Assembly (NCBI GenBank): GCA_048213135.1
Contig: PS015219.1
Location: 84,225 to 148,224 of the forward strand
Direction of reading: 5' to 3'
Origin: Reclinomonas americana ATCC 50394
Lineage: Eukaryota
DNA: 64,000 nucleotides
In this document: one piece after another, positions 1-13,109 of the stretch
How positions within the stretch are numbered: position 1 is the first letter of the stretch
Layout of the letters: each line of letters opens with the position of its first letter
Translations under genes and position numbers: made by a program
Notes under the pieces: model-generated
What the model was told of the DNA's origin: nothing
The model's database searches: none
The model's input: the letters and a program-made list of their open reading frames with translations, nothing else

Positions 1-3000
1 ATTGAGCGCGACGACTACCACCAGCAGGCTATGGTGGCTCGTGCCGACGCCGAGACCAACCGCACCACGCTGGACACGGTGCAGTCGCAGACTTCGTCGC
101 TCAACGAGGAGATCCTGGCGCAGGCCAACTCGCACGCCCGCTTGGTGGACGAGCTCCGCCAGCAGATCCGCACCTCGCAGGAGGAGGTGTCGCGTGTCAG
201 CGAGGCACTGGCGACGCTGCGCCGCGAGAAGCAGGCCGGCGAGCACGAGCTGCGCGAGAACGTGCACCGCTTGGAGAACGAGTTGGCGCAGTCCTCGGGT
301 CAGGTCAAGGCCGCTCAGGAGGCGCTCCGCACGGAGCAGGTGCGCAACTCTGGCGAGCAGAGCCGCCTGCAGCAGCGCCTGGAGGAGGCCGAGCAGCGCC
401 TGCGCGCCTCGGAGAACCAGCGCACTGACCTGCGCGTGCAAGCCGGCGACTTGGAGAAGCGCCTGTTGGAGATGGAGGACCGCCACCGCCGCCAGCGCGA
501 CGATCTCGAAGATCGCCTGCACCGTGCCGAGCAGGAGCGCGACCGTGCCAAGGAGATCCTCGGCCAGATTCAGGGCGATCACTCGCGTGTCAACATGGAG
601 TTGGCCTCGGTGCACGAGCGCACCGGGCTGCAGTCGCAGATGCTGGCCAACAAGGTGTACCAGATGGAGGCNNNNNNNNNNNNNNNNNNNNNNNNNNNNN
701 NNNNNNNNNNNNNNNNNNNNNNNNNNNNNNNNNNNNNNNNNNNNNNNNNNNNNNNNNNNNNNNNNNNNNNNNNNNNNNNNNNNNNNNNNNNNNNNNNNNN
801 NNNNNNNNNNNNNNNNNNNNNNNNNNNNNNNNNNNNNNNNNNNNNNNNNNNNNNNNNNNNNNNNNNNNNNNNNNNNNNNNNNNNNNNNNNNNNNNNNNNN
901 NNNNNNNNNNNNNNNNNNNNNNNNNNNNNNNNNNNNNNNNNNNNNNNNNNNNNNNNNNNNGCAGATTGCCCAGCTGACTGCCGAGCGCGATGCCGAGCGC
1001 AAGCACAAGAGCGACTACGTGGCCAAGTACACGCACGAGGTGAGGATGACGAGGCGTGAGAGAGTGAGAGAGAGGAAGGTGTTTTTGTTGTTTGCTCACC
1101 CGTGCACACATTATTGCAGTACGAGCACGTGGCGGCTGAGAAGCGTCAAGTGATGGAGGAGGTCAATGCGCTGCGCGAGGAGCTGCGCCACAAGCAGGCG
1201 GAGCACGACCTCGGCCGCCAGAACTTTGTCAAGGAGCGTGGTCTGTTGGAGGCCAAGATTCGCGACCTGGAGGACGAGTGCCAGAACCAGCGGCTAACCA
1301 TTGAGAGCCTGCACGACGTGAACAAGAACCACGTGCGCATTATTGAGAGCCAGCAGCAGACGTACGACGAGGAGTCGCGCAAGATTCGCCAGGTTTGCGC
1401 CGCGTGTGACTCTCCCCCTCTCGTTGTCGGCAGCTGACTAAAAGCAACTTGTGTGTGTGTACTGCAGAACTACGAGAGCCGCATTGCTGCGTACCAGGCC
1501 GAGAACCGCGAGATTCGCGAGCGCTTTGAATCGACCGAGGAGGTGAGCACGTTGACGATCATGTTGTTTTCGGGAGAGCGAGTTGCTCACCCACTGCATT
1601 CTCTCTTTTTATCCCTTTTGCAGTTGGCTCGTCGCCAGAAGGAGCAGGCCGACGAGGAGACCTCGCAGCTCATCCAGCTGTCGCACATGAAGGACGAGTA
1701 CATTGAGCGCATCCACGCCGAGCTGCGCGCGTTGCGCGATGTCGGCAAGGAGGTTCGTGCCCACCTCGCCGTGGTGAGCGAGGAGCACGAGAACATCAAG
1801 AAGCACGTGGCGCAGGCCGATGGTGAGTGTGATGACATGACTGCTGGAGGAAACAGTGGTGTGACTGTGAAACTAACCCCCCTACTCGCGTTCGCTCGCT
1901 GTGCAGCCGACCACTCCAAGTCCGCTTCGTTCGTGTCAACCGAGCTGCGCTCCATGACCGAGGACAACTTTGCGTTGAAGAAGGAGCTGGCCGCGGTCAG
2001 CACTGCCCGCACGACGGCCGAGGAGGACAATGTTCGCCTGCGTGAGCAGCTGAACGGCGCCAAGCGCGAACTCAGCGACCGCGAGTCGCACCAGTCGAGC
2101 CTGTCGCTGCAGTTGCAGACGGCGCAGCAGCGCATCAAGACGATGGAGGTGGAGCACGAGGAGGAGGTTTGTCACCAAGCGTCTCCCCTCTTATGCTTGG
2201 TTGGTTGCGCCTTTGCTGACTGACTCGTGTTTGCGTTTCGCAGCTTGAGGTGCAGCAGACGACAATGAATAACCAGATCCGCTCGCTGCGCGACGAGAAC
2301 GACTCGCTGCGCAGCTTCCGCGACGAGTTGCAGTCGCAGCTGGACGTGATCAAGCAGCAGCGCCTGGAGCTGCAGGAGTCGCTGGTCAAGGCGCAGGACG
2401 CCCACCAGCAGCTGCAGATTGAGGGCGAGCGCGACGCTAACCGGCTGCGCAACGAGATCCGCAGCCTGCAGCGCGACATTGCCGACCTGCGACACAACTC
2501 CGAGATGCGGGAACGCGACTTGCGCGAGGAGGCCAACCAGTTGCAGAACAAGCTGGCCGACGCCCGCAAGGAGCTCACCGAGCAGCGCGAGCAGCTGCGC
2601 ATCATCAAGAAGGAGCAGGAGGAGCTCAGCAAGAGCTCGTCGTCGCACGAGAAGTCGTACCAGAAGCGCATCAACGAGGTCACGGCTCAGGTCACGGTGC
2701 TGGAGCAGAACTTTAATCAGCAGGAGAAGCACTACTTGACTGAGGTACGATAAGCGCAGTAGGATTCAGTATTTGTTTCTACGCGAGTTTTGTTACTTAT
2801 ACCTCTTGTCACAGCGCAACGAATTGTTGTCGACCATTGAGCAGAAGGAGCGCCAGATTGCGCAATTGTCGCACGAGGTGGAGACACTGAGACACGAGAA
2901 GGACAGCCTGCTCAACTCGATGCAAGGTGTGTGTGTGCCGGGGCGCGACTTTATCCCTTCCCACCATTCCCTTGCTCACTGTTGTGTGTGTGTGCGTGTG

Positions 3001-4823
3001 TGCAGATGAGCGCGACGTCCACGCCCGTGAGGTGTCCAAGCTGGAGGCGTCACGTGTGGCGCTGTCGAACGACAAGCAGGAGCTGCAGGCTGTGTTGCTG
3101 CAACGCGAGCAGCAGCTGGAGGACATTCGTGCCAAGGTCGAGGAGCTCATCCGCGAGCGCCTTGTCATGAGCAGCCGCATCAACGCCTACGAGACGGAGC
3201 GTGAGGCGGTGCACAGCAATGTGGAGCGCAAGGAGAAGGCGCTGCAGGAGTCGCTCGCACAACTGCGATCGCGCTACGAGCAGGCCGAAATGCTGAACCA
3301 GTCGTACCGCGAGCAGCGNNNNNNNNNNNNNNNNNNNNTGCGCAGCTGGAGGAGCACTCCAACTCGCTGGCCACGCAGCTGGAGACCATGGACCGCGAGT
3401 TCCAGGAGACGGCCAAGCAGCTGCGCGATCAGAACGAGACGCTGAAGCGCCAGATTGCCAAGCTGTCGGACGAGAAGGCGACGCTGGAGAAGCGTGTGGC
3501 CACGTTGGAGAGCGAGATCCGCACTCGCGACCAGGAGCGCGGCCACTTGTCGTCGCAGGTGTCGCAGCTGAGCGATGTCGGCCGTCGCAACAACGACGAG
3601 ATCAACGACCTCACCATTCAGCTCGAGAAGTCCAACTTGTCGTTCAACCAGCTGCAACAGCACGCCGCGCAGCTCAACAAGGAGCTCGACGCACAACGGC
3701 GCGCGTACCGCCAGCTGGAGGGCGAGAAGGAGGTTTGTTTCTGTGTATGTGTTTGTTCTTGCCTTCTGNNNNNNNNNNNNNNNNNNNNNNNNNNNNNNNN
3801 NNNNNNNNNNNNNNNNNNNNNNNNNNNNNNNNNNNNNNNNNNNNNNNNNNNNNNNNNNNNNNNNNNNNNNNNNNNNNNNNNNNNNNNNNNNNNNNNNNNN
3901 NNNNNNNNNNNNNNNNNNNNNNNNNNNNNNNNNNNNNNNNNNNNNNNNNNNNNNNNNNNNNNNNNNNNNNNNNNNNNNNCGTCTTGTGGTGGATGCCTGA
4001 CTCTCGTGTTGCCTTCCTGTGTGCAGAACCTGGAGGTGACTCTGCGAAGGACCTCGAACGAGGCTGCGCTGCACGCGTCATCGCTGCAGGACCGCATCAC
4101 TCGTCTGGAGGACGACATTCGCGACCTGACACTGAGCATTGAGGAGAAGAAGCACCAGATTGCCGCTCGCCAGTCGACGATTGGCCAGCTGGAGGTCGAG
4201 CGCGACAACATCAAGCACATGTACGATGACTTGCAAGAGGAGCGCAAGATTATGCAAGTGGCGCACGAGAACCAAGGTCAGTCTTGTTGTTGTTTTCCCG
4301 CTCTTGCACGCTCTGGCCACCAAGTATGCTCACCCTGTTGTCCGCAGTGCGTTCGCTGCAAGACTCCATGTCGCAGTACCAGCGCCAGTTGCGCCAGACA
4401 CAAGACCTGGTCATGTCGCTGCAGCGCAAGTCCAACCCGGGCGTGGCTAGCGTCTACTACCCGCCGACGCCGACATCGTCGGACATGTTGGGCATTCCGC
4501 CGGCGACAATGCCCTCAGTACCAGCGCCGAGCTCTGCGTCGGCCGTGGGCGCTGCCGCGGCCTACCGCGAGAGCCCAGTGCCATCGCGCTTCAGCAGCTC
4601 ACCGCTGTCGCTGTCGGGTGGCGCCAGCCTGCCAGGAACGCCGGGCACTGCACGGAACCTGACCGACCTCAACTCGATGCTCGACTCGATGCATCACACC
4701 ACGCAGCACCAGACCTCTGCGCTGCAACGAAAGATCGATGACATGCAGGCTGAGAACGCCCGCTTGGCCTCGTCGGCTTCCGGCTCGTCGGCCTACGCGC
4801 CTGGTTCGAGCTTCCGACGATAA
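1..4823 (+). CDS. Large coiled-coil protein with a Pro/Ser-rich C-terminal tail; 5' end outside the window, spans N gaps
   Basis: E/Q/R/L-rich heptad exons are joined in frame by GT-AG introns starting near 1040, 1393, 1543, 1823, 2167, 2745, 2927, 3733 and 4277. Strong GC3 bias. Stop TAA at 4821-4823. Confidence 0.85.
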
Positions 4824-5091
4824 TCGACGGGCAAGACGCGCTTTTTCCCTGCACTTTGCTCGTTCAATCTTTTTGCTGTTGTTGTTGCTCTTCCACCTTC
4901 TCGTGTGTGCGTGTGTGGTGTACACTGGCCATTTTTGTACACGGCTCTTTATGATGAAAACATGATTGTACCACCAACCTTATAGGAAGACACAAGAAGG
5001 GGGAAGGGAAGGGAAAGGGAAGGGAAGGGAAGGGGGACAAGGATGATGAGTTGTCCTGCGACCGCACTTTTATCGCATTGTGCTTGTCGAT

Positions 5092-6395
5092 ATGGAGCGG
5101 GCACGCAAGCTGTGTGAGGACAACAACGCATACGAGGCGTTCTCGTACCTCAAGTCACTGGCGTTTCGGTGAACTCATGCGTGTGTCTCCTGGTGTTGCA
5201 CATGTCCTCACACACACACACACACTCACGCAGCAAGCGACAAGCGGCACGGTCAGCCAAGCAATGCGAGGAGCTGCTGCTGACGGGCGCCTCGTTGATG
5301 AACGAGTATCGCCAGTGGGCACTGTCGGCGGCACTGCTGACCGACTTGTTCGAGTGGTTCCACAGCATTCAGCGCGAGTTGACTGCCGAGTTGCTCGGTA
5401 CGCCAGTGTGTGCGAGTGTGAGAGTCTGTGCAGGCACTCACGTCTGCCGTCGTGCACACACACACACCCGCAGCATCGACGCTGGAAGCGTTGCGCTACA
5501 TCCCACCCAGTGTCTACGTGGAGAAGAAGAAGGCTCTCGAGGCCGGCATCGAGTTGCGTCGTCTCCTCTTTTCAGAGGGAAACAAACGTGTGTTGTTGAC
5601 CTGTGCGAGCAGATGGTCGTCAGCCTACTTCCGCGTTCCGGGGAGCATGAAGGTCGGCTGCCCCGAGTATCACGCCATGCTGGCCAAGGATGCGACCGAG
5701 GCCGGTGACTTCCCCGTCGGTGTGTTCTCGGTGGTGCATGCAGTGTTGATCATCGTCATCATCGTCATCATCATTCCCGCCTTTCTGCCGTCGCAGCTGC
5801 GTCGCACTTTATCCGCTGCTCTGCGGCCGACGCGTTTGCCGACATGTTGATCTCGTGGGCGTCGGTCGGCAAGCCAGAGGAGATTGACTTGTTTTTGGCG
5901 CGTGCAGTCATGCAGTTGCGCGCAGCAGGAGGAGATAATGTCGTGGCTTTGCTCTCAGTCCTCATTCGATTTGCAGGTCGTTTTGTGTCAGCAAGGACGC
6001 ACCGGCATTGGCGCTGGTGAAGGAGTTTGTCGAGAAGAGCCACATGAGCGATGCACCGCTCATCCACTTTTCCGAGTTTCTGTGTCACGCGGTGGCCTCG
6101 GGCGACGCCCGTGCGTTCAACTTCCTGGTTTCGCAGTACAGAAAGTCGCTGGATCGCGATCCGGCATTCAGTCAGCTGCTGCAGGAAATCACACGTGTGT
6201 GCTTCCCCGATTCACTCGAGGCTCGGCGAGCGGCACCGGTACGCTGCTTCTTTTCCCTCGCTCCACTCTCGTCACACATCCTTGCTTGTCTCACTCGCCA
6301 GCGCTGCTTTGCAGTCACAAGACCTGTTTTCGACCATCTTGTCCAGTGTTATGGGTGGCGGCGCAGGTGGCCTCAGTGCTCTCTTCCCTCAATGA
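5092..6395 (+). CDS. GET4: GET4/TRC35 tail-anchored protein targeting factor
   Basis: The spliced product has MERARKLCEDNNAYEAFSYLKSLAFR, GCPEYHAMLA, EEIDLFLARAVMQ, YRKSLDRDPAFSQLLQEI and a C-terminal DLFSTILSSVMGG, all typical of the GET4 family. Confidence 0.85.
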
Positions 6396-6468
6396 GTCTC
6401 CTCCTCGGTATAATCGTGCAATTCAACAACAGTGCGTCTGCATTAGCGTCTTTTCTCTCTACAATCCA

Positions 6469-9400
6469 TTATCGTACGGCGCGAGCCAGTGGCAGCATGC
6501 CGAGTGTCGGCTCTCGCGAGGCCGGCAGCGGCACCAGTCGAACCAGGATGCTGCGGGTGGGACATGAGTGAGCGCGCGAGTGGAGACTTCCACGGTGGAT
6601 AGCGTGTGTCGGCTCACCGTTCTCCCACCGCCAGCGAAAAATCGGTAATGCCATCGACAGAGACAGTGTGCGACTTGCGCGGCCCATCAAACACGACTCG
6701 ACGCAGGTGCGCCGCTTGCGTCGACGGCACAAACAGGCCTTGCACTCGTGGACAGCACTCCAGCGCAAAGCGCACTCGCAACGCCGACACCTCCACCACC
6801 ACCTGTGCGCACGTTAGAGATGAGATGTGTGGATCGGGAATGAAAACACGGACACGGCCAAACGCACCGCCACCTCCTCCACCGCCAGTCGACTGGAAAT
6901 CGTCTGCAGATTCTGAGCATTAACCTTGCTGGTTGCCGCCTGCACAAGTTGTGCAACGGCCGTTGCGTGCGCGCAGAACTGCAGGGGTGCGAGGTGAGCG
7001 ACTTGTGACGTGTGTGATGCGCAATCTGGTTGGCGGGAGGTACCTCATCAACTGCAGCCTCATCCAAGTGCACATCCAGTGGTAGCGACAAGACGTCGCG
7101 TTTCAGCAAGCGGTGCACCGTCAGATCCATGTAGCTGCCAGCGACCAAGTCAGGGGTGAGTGAAAGAAAAGAGAGGTATGATGGCAGAGAGGAAACAAAT
7201 ACCGTCGCAGGGGCGCCACAAAGTGCGTGTGCGCCATGGTGTTCAGACCAACTGTGAGAAGAGCGACGTCAGGCACACAACAAATCCACACTCAAACAGC
7301 CACAACGCAGCGCGCAACAGTGAATCCAGCGGTCGGTCGGTGTCGTGGTATCAAAGCGTGCCAAGGCGCACGGCGGAATCACCTTGGTGACTTGAATACC
7401 GATGATCTACCACCGCAAACATCGATGTGAGCTTACAGCTGGCCAGCACAAAGTGCAACAATCATGGGACACACCATTGCCAGCGCCGGGTTCACCGTCA
7501 TCGCAAACTCCATCTCGCGATGAATGGCACGCAGCAGCGTGTGCGCCGACTCCTGGTAGAAGGTGTGGTCCACCACCTCCAGGTCGAGCGGGAGGACGGG
7601 CATCTGTGTGCACCACGTGCGCGCGGTGAGTAAATAATCATTAACCCCACTGTCGCGGTGGCGATACACACCTCCTCGTCACGGATCCTCAAACCGTAGC
7701 GACGACACAGTTCCGCCAGCCGCACCTGCTGCAGCGGCGCAATACTCGGTTGCACAGAGAGCGGACACAACTGCATGCGCTGAGTCGGTGAGAACGTAAA
7801 GCGAACACGCAAAACGCGAAGAGAGACAGTGCCCATGCCACCTTGCATCCAGTTTCCAACAGCCGCCGAGTGATCAACTGGTTAGCCACAAGAGCGCACT
7901 CGTCGATCGCGCGAGTTGCATCGAGCGTCTCGGCAGAGCGGAAACCGCGAGGCAAACCCTGCGCATCGAACGTCAACGCAATCTGCGGCACGTCAAACAC
8001 TCGAGCATCTGCATGCACAACAAAAAAAAAAAAAACAGACAATCAGCAACCGTCGATGCAAGAGGAGTGGCGTGTGCAACAGACAGACCGCCTTGTTGCA
8101 AGCGGCGCAGATGGCGGGGAAGCATCAACTGGCAGAAGAGACGAAGGAGCTCCGCCAGCTCGGCGGTGACGCCCGGAACATCGTCGTGCCCAGCCTGCAA
8201 GTTGCAGAGTGGGTCAGTCCAATAACTCACTGTCTAATGCAGGCCATCTCAAACACACCACGTACCATAACAAGCTGTGCTGCGTCGCGGGAAACCAACG
8301 ATGTGGGTCGAATCACACACTGACCGAGCCACGGCGTATCGGGGCACACTTGCCCATCCAACGTCATGTACCACACAATGGAGAGGGTGAAGAAATCGCG
8401 ATCAGTGCGCAGCGCGGCCATGTCTAGTACAGCCTGCGGCAGCATCTCTTGTTTCTACGCACACAAAGACACGCGCACATGAGCACTGGGAATTCACACG
8501 CGCACACATCACCACACACAAACCCTGTCGGACAGCTGGTACGTGCACACGCGCTTACGACACTCCAAATCCAACTCGGAGCCAGCCTCCACAAAGTGCG
8601 TAATGTCGGGCACATGAAGACCCTGCACAAACGTGTGTGGGCGAAAGACAGACAGACAGGGAAGATATCTGTTGGCAGATGACGCAACAACTTCACACAC
8701 GCCCGGGCGATCGGGCATCATGCGCAAGTGCACCGCCGCATCAAAGGGCGCCGCAAATGGCGGATTCTCAAACGCAAACAAGTGACCGCGCCCGCGCAAA
8801 TCCAGACGACCCGCAAATTCCGGCAGCTGGTGGCGCACCACATGAGCGTCGTTGACAAGAGAACAATAAGAGAGAAGCCAGAAGAAAACCTGTGCAGAAG
8901 AGGCAAGACGGCATGCTTCCGCGGTGAACGGCGGCAACGGCACTCGATTGGGTCCAGTCGGCAACGCGCACGAAGCAAGCACCGCATTGAACTGCACCTC
9001 CGGATCCGATTGCGAACCTGTACATTCATCGGCGCGATTCAGCAACGGCTTTCAGCGTGGCACAAACAAACAATGTAACCACACACCAAACACTGCCACC
9101 AACTTGCCCCGTGGATGCTTTCTGTTCTCCGGCCAGTCCACAATCTGCACTTGCACCATCGTACTTGCCGTTCTGCGCAACAAAACAATGAGCATCAGTG
9201 TGACGGCGATCAACAGCCGTCCGTGAAAACGCAACAGCGGCTGCTGCACGGCCCCATCCACTTCCACATCCACCAACGGCAACGAACGATCCGACGGCAC
9301 CATCAACAATCCACTGCGCGACACGATCAGAGTCAACAAAGGGCCAGCAACAGTGGATTAAAAAAGTCTCTGAGTCGCAACTCATGCGAGCGGAATCGCT

Positions 9401-12400
9401 GCATCACACCCACTGCAATCACTGGCGCCAATCGGTTCACGGCCACCACGCGGCCCACCGGTACACGCTGAAATCCGGGCGGGGGAATCACTCGATCTGA
9501 GGGGAAGAAGGGAACGTGTGAGTCTCAGCAGCATCACATCAACAGGTCAGCACATAGCAAGACGTAACCGAGCTCAGACACAATGTGCACACGTCGGGGG
9601 ACAGCCTGCAGACACACGTGTGAGTAGCACAAAACGCCAAACACACACACACAGTCCCACCGCGTCCCACCTCATCTGCCTCCTCATCCAAAAACAAATC
9701 CCCGTACACGCCCATCGGTTCACACGACTCATTGGTCGACTCCTGCGGGCGACAACACGTCGTCAGTTTCACCGCCCAACAGCCGCACATGATGACGACA
9801 ACAACGACAGCCATGACTCACCGGCACAATGGCCTCTTCGCCACACAAGAACACGTGCACCTCGTCGCCGCGCACGGCACGGTTCGCATGCACCAGGTCC
9901 GGCAAAAGGACACGCGGAACACCTTCTTCAGCAAATTCCACCCACCGTGAATCCGTCGACACCACACCCTTCAGCACCGTGCTCAACTGGCGGACGGAGA
10001 GAGAGAGGGAGAGAGAAAGTGAGCGGGTGTGAGAGACGATTGGATGGGACAGCAAGACACAGCTCTGTCAAACCTCCAGGCCCTTGCTGAGTACACTGGC
10101 GGGCAAATACTTGACGTATCCGGTCAACGGGTCCTTCATCTCCTCCACACAATGCGCCACCTCACCACGCATCGAATTCAACACCACCCAGCCACGCACC
10201 AGCCGGTCAAACTGCAGCAGACGAGAGTGCGATTCAGAATCAAATCGTAATTGGAGAAGCCTGTGGAACACGTACCTCCTCCACCGTGGACGGACGGTCC
10301 AAGCTGACCACCGATCTCATCGCCATGCACTGATACGCCATGTCCATCTGCTTTGAACGCATCTCTTTCAACTCGCGCTGCAGCGAGGCCACCACATCTT
10401 GATAGTACTGTTTCGCGGTGGTGTGAGCCGCACTGTCACACACACACACACACACGCGCGCGCTTCGTGCGAATGCAGGTGGCGCACCTTTTCGGATCGC
10501 GCCAGCTCCTGCTGTACGACTTGGCTCGCGCTCGCCGGTGACTTTGGTACTGCGACAGCTTGAATTTGCAAGTAAGTATGGTGGGTGGATTCATCCTCAG
10601 CGCGGCGCACCACGTATGCGTTACCTTGCACAAGATGCATCGCGTGCTCCACGTCACTGGCAGCGGCACGTAGAACCGACTGCTGCGCACTCGGCACCTC
10701 GGTCGCCACGGACGAGAGTCCACGAAGCGCTCGCTGTACGCGAACGGTGAGCAGTCAGACGAAGAGCATGTCATGCATGCGACGGAATCTGCTGCGTTAC
10801 CTGCAGCAGCGCCACAAGTCCCTCCGCCATTGCTGGAGCACCACCAGCTCCATTGGTCACCGGCGGCTGTGTCGCAGCAGCAGTGGCAAAAGACGCGCCA
10901 CCCAAAGACATCTGCGAATTCTTCATGATGATGATGCCAAAAGAGTGGGAAGAGGAGAGCAGACTGCGCTTCGCACGACTCACCGGCACCGGTGACATTG
11001 CTGGCGGCGTCGAGCCTGCAACCGCAGCCATGCTGGCACTACCCGCCATACCGGCACCAGCTACACGTGTATATCGCGAATGAGTAACGTGAGGCTTCGT
11101 TGCTATTCACGTCTCTCGCACTCACCACTCGGCGACACAAACGCGTCGTTTGCTGTTCGAGCACAAACAGGGTGAGTGTTGCGGAACTCAAAGATGCACG
11201 TGCATAAGGGCACTCAACGAGACTGCTGCGGACGGATCTGCGGCGAGGATGGATTGCTGTTTGTCTGCTACACGTGTCACGTGTGAGTCTACAACACGAT
11301 CGCCACCCCTCGCGAGCAAAAAGCAACTCAATCAAACGCGCACCATCGACGAAGCATCGGCGCCGCCACCTGCCACCTCTCCCAACATGGACGACACACG
11401 CTTCTCCACCACCGGCGTCACCGCCGGACGAACCACTGCTGCCGGCTTTCTCGCTGCCGCACCCACTCCACCGACCGCTGCCGGAGGTTTACGAGCCACC
11501 CGCACCACCTCACGTGCCTGCAGGGCCAGCAAATTTGGACGCTGCGGGAAGAAGAATAATATATTGTCAGAGAATGAAATAATATCGATGCACACAGTAA
11601 CGCGACGCAACATCCATGTGCACAATTCGGAATCGCACTTCCTTGCCATTCATCTGATCCGGCGTCACACCCGTCACCGAGCCATTCTCGAGATGATCCC
11701 ACGGAAAGTAGATACCAATCTTTTGATCCGCCGCTGTGCCGCACAAATATTTCACCCATTACGTACCACACAATAAAAAAGCAGGGCCAGAAAAAATGTC
11801 GGTGTACGTACCAACATAGGGTGCCACCACACGCTCGTACTCGGGATTCACAATAAAGCCGAACTGCCCGGGTTTACAATCCAGCAGGCGCCCAACATGC
11901 TCCGAGTGCACCGGAAACGTCACACGCAGCTTCTCATCCAGCGACATCTTCTTGTTTGCTGCACCCTTGCCACCAGCACCACCCGCCACCGCTGCCGCCG
12001 CCGAGCGACTCGACTTGTCGCTCCACGGCTGCGCAAACACCTCTTCTTCAGTCAACTCGGCAATTTCCGGTCCCTGAGAGAGGTGTGAGTCTTGGTGGCA
12101 CGAAACACACCCGTCCCCATTACACGCACACACACAGACCTCCTGCCACAGCCGCTCCCCTGGCACCGCCGGATGAGCGGCATGCGGATCGCTCCCTTGT
12201 CGCTTCCGCTGATCACGCCCACCATTCCGTTGCAACGTCCCACTGGCCCACTCCTGCAAATCCGAGTCGTCACCCGACGCGTGCTTACCGCCCTTGGCCT
12301 TTGCATCCATCGCCTTTCCGCCACCGCCACCACCATTCACATCATGATCTGCATCCACCNNNNNNNNNNNNNNNNNNNNNNNNNNNNNNNNNNNNNNNNN

Positions 12401-12937
12401 NNNNNNNNNNNNNNNNNNNNNNNNNNNNNNNNNNNNNNNNNNNNNNNNNNNNNNNNNNNNNNNNNNNNNNNNNNNNNNNNNNNNNNNNNNNNNNNNNNNN
12501 NNNNNNNNNNNNNNNNNNNNNNNNNNNNNNNNNNNNNNNNNNNNNNNNNNNNNNNNNNNNNNNNNNNNNNNNNNNNNNNNNNNNNNNNNNNNNNNNNNNN
12601 NNNNNNNNNNNNNNNNNNNNNNNNNNNNNNNNNNNNNNNNNNNNNNNNNNNNNNNNNNNNNNNNNNNNNNNNNNNNNNNNNNNNNNNNNNNNNNNNNNNN
12701 NNNNNNNNNNNNNNNNNNNNNNNNNNNNNNNNNNNNNNNNNNNNNNNNNNNNNNNNNNNNNNNNNNNNNNNNNNNNNNNNNNNNNNNNNNNNNNNNNNNN
12801 NNNNNNNNNNNNNNNNNNNNNNNNNNNNNNNNNNNNNNTGTGAGTGAGCGCGTGGGAGAGTGTGAGAATGAGTGTTGCTTTTACAACACCTCTTTGGCGA
12901 CCGGACCCCAAGGTTTGATGTTGCTCCGTTTCTCCAT
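6469..12937 (-). CDS. RNase II/RNB-family protein (DIS3L2/Ssd1-like) with a long low-complexity N-terminus and an extra cold-shock-like domain; probably nuclease-dead
   Basis: Motifs: HANRAVRGDEVHV (CSD1), IVDWPENRKHPRGKLV (CSD2), EVGLHVPDITHFVEAGSELDLECRKR and [28 protein letters not shown] (RNB). Upstream exons (GRLLDCKPGQFGFI..GIYFPWDHL..EVRFRI) join in frame through introns 11153-11218 and 11061-11125. The first exon at 12937 lies beyond an N gap and is tentative. Confidence 0.8.
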
Positions 12938-13109
12938 CTCAGTTGCTGCACAATCGCATGTCAGGCACACAAAGCAGGAGAGGGAGGAGAGGAGGGAGAG
13001 AGAGCACCTTGGTCTCGCACCGCAATCAATGGTCAGACTCGGTGGAAATTTCGAAGTGATGATGAATGTCGGCCTCGTCCATCAATCACGCAAAAAACGA
13101 ACTCAAATA

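Noticed and set aside
4997-5040. (GGGAA)n tract upstream of GET4 as a regulatory G-quadruplex or triplex
   Set aside because: Similar purine tracts are common in this window and nothing indicates function.
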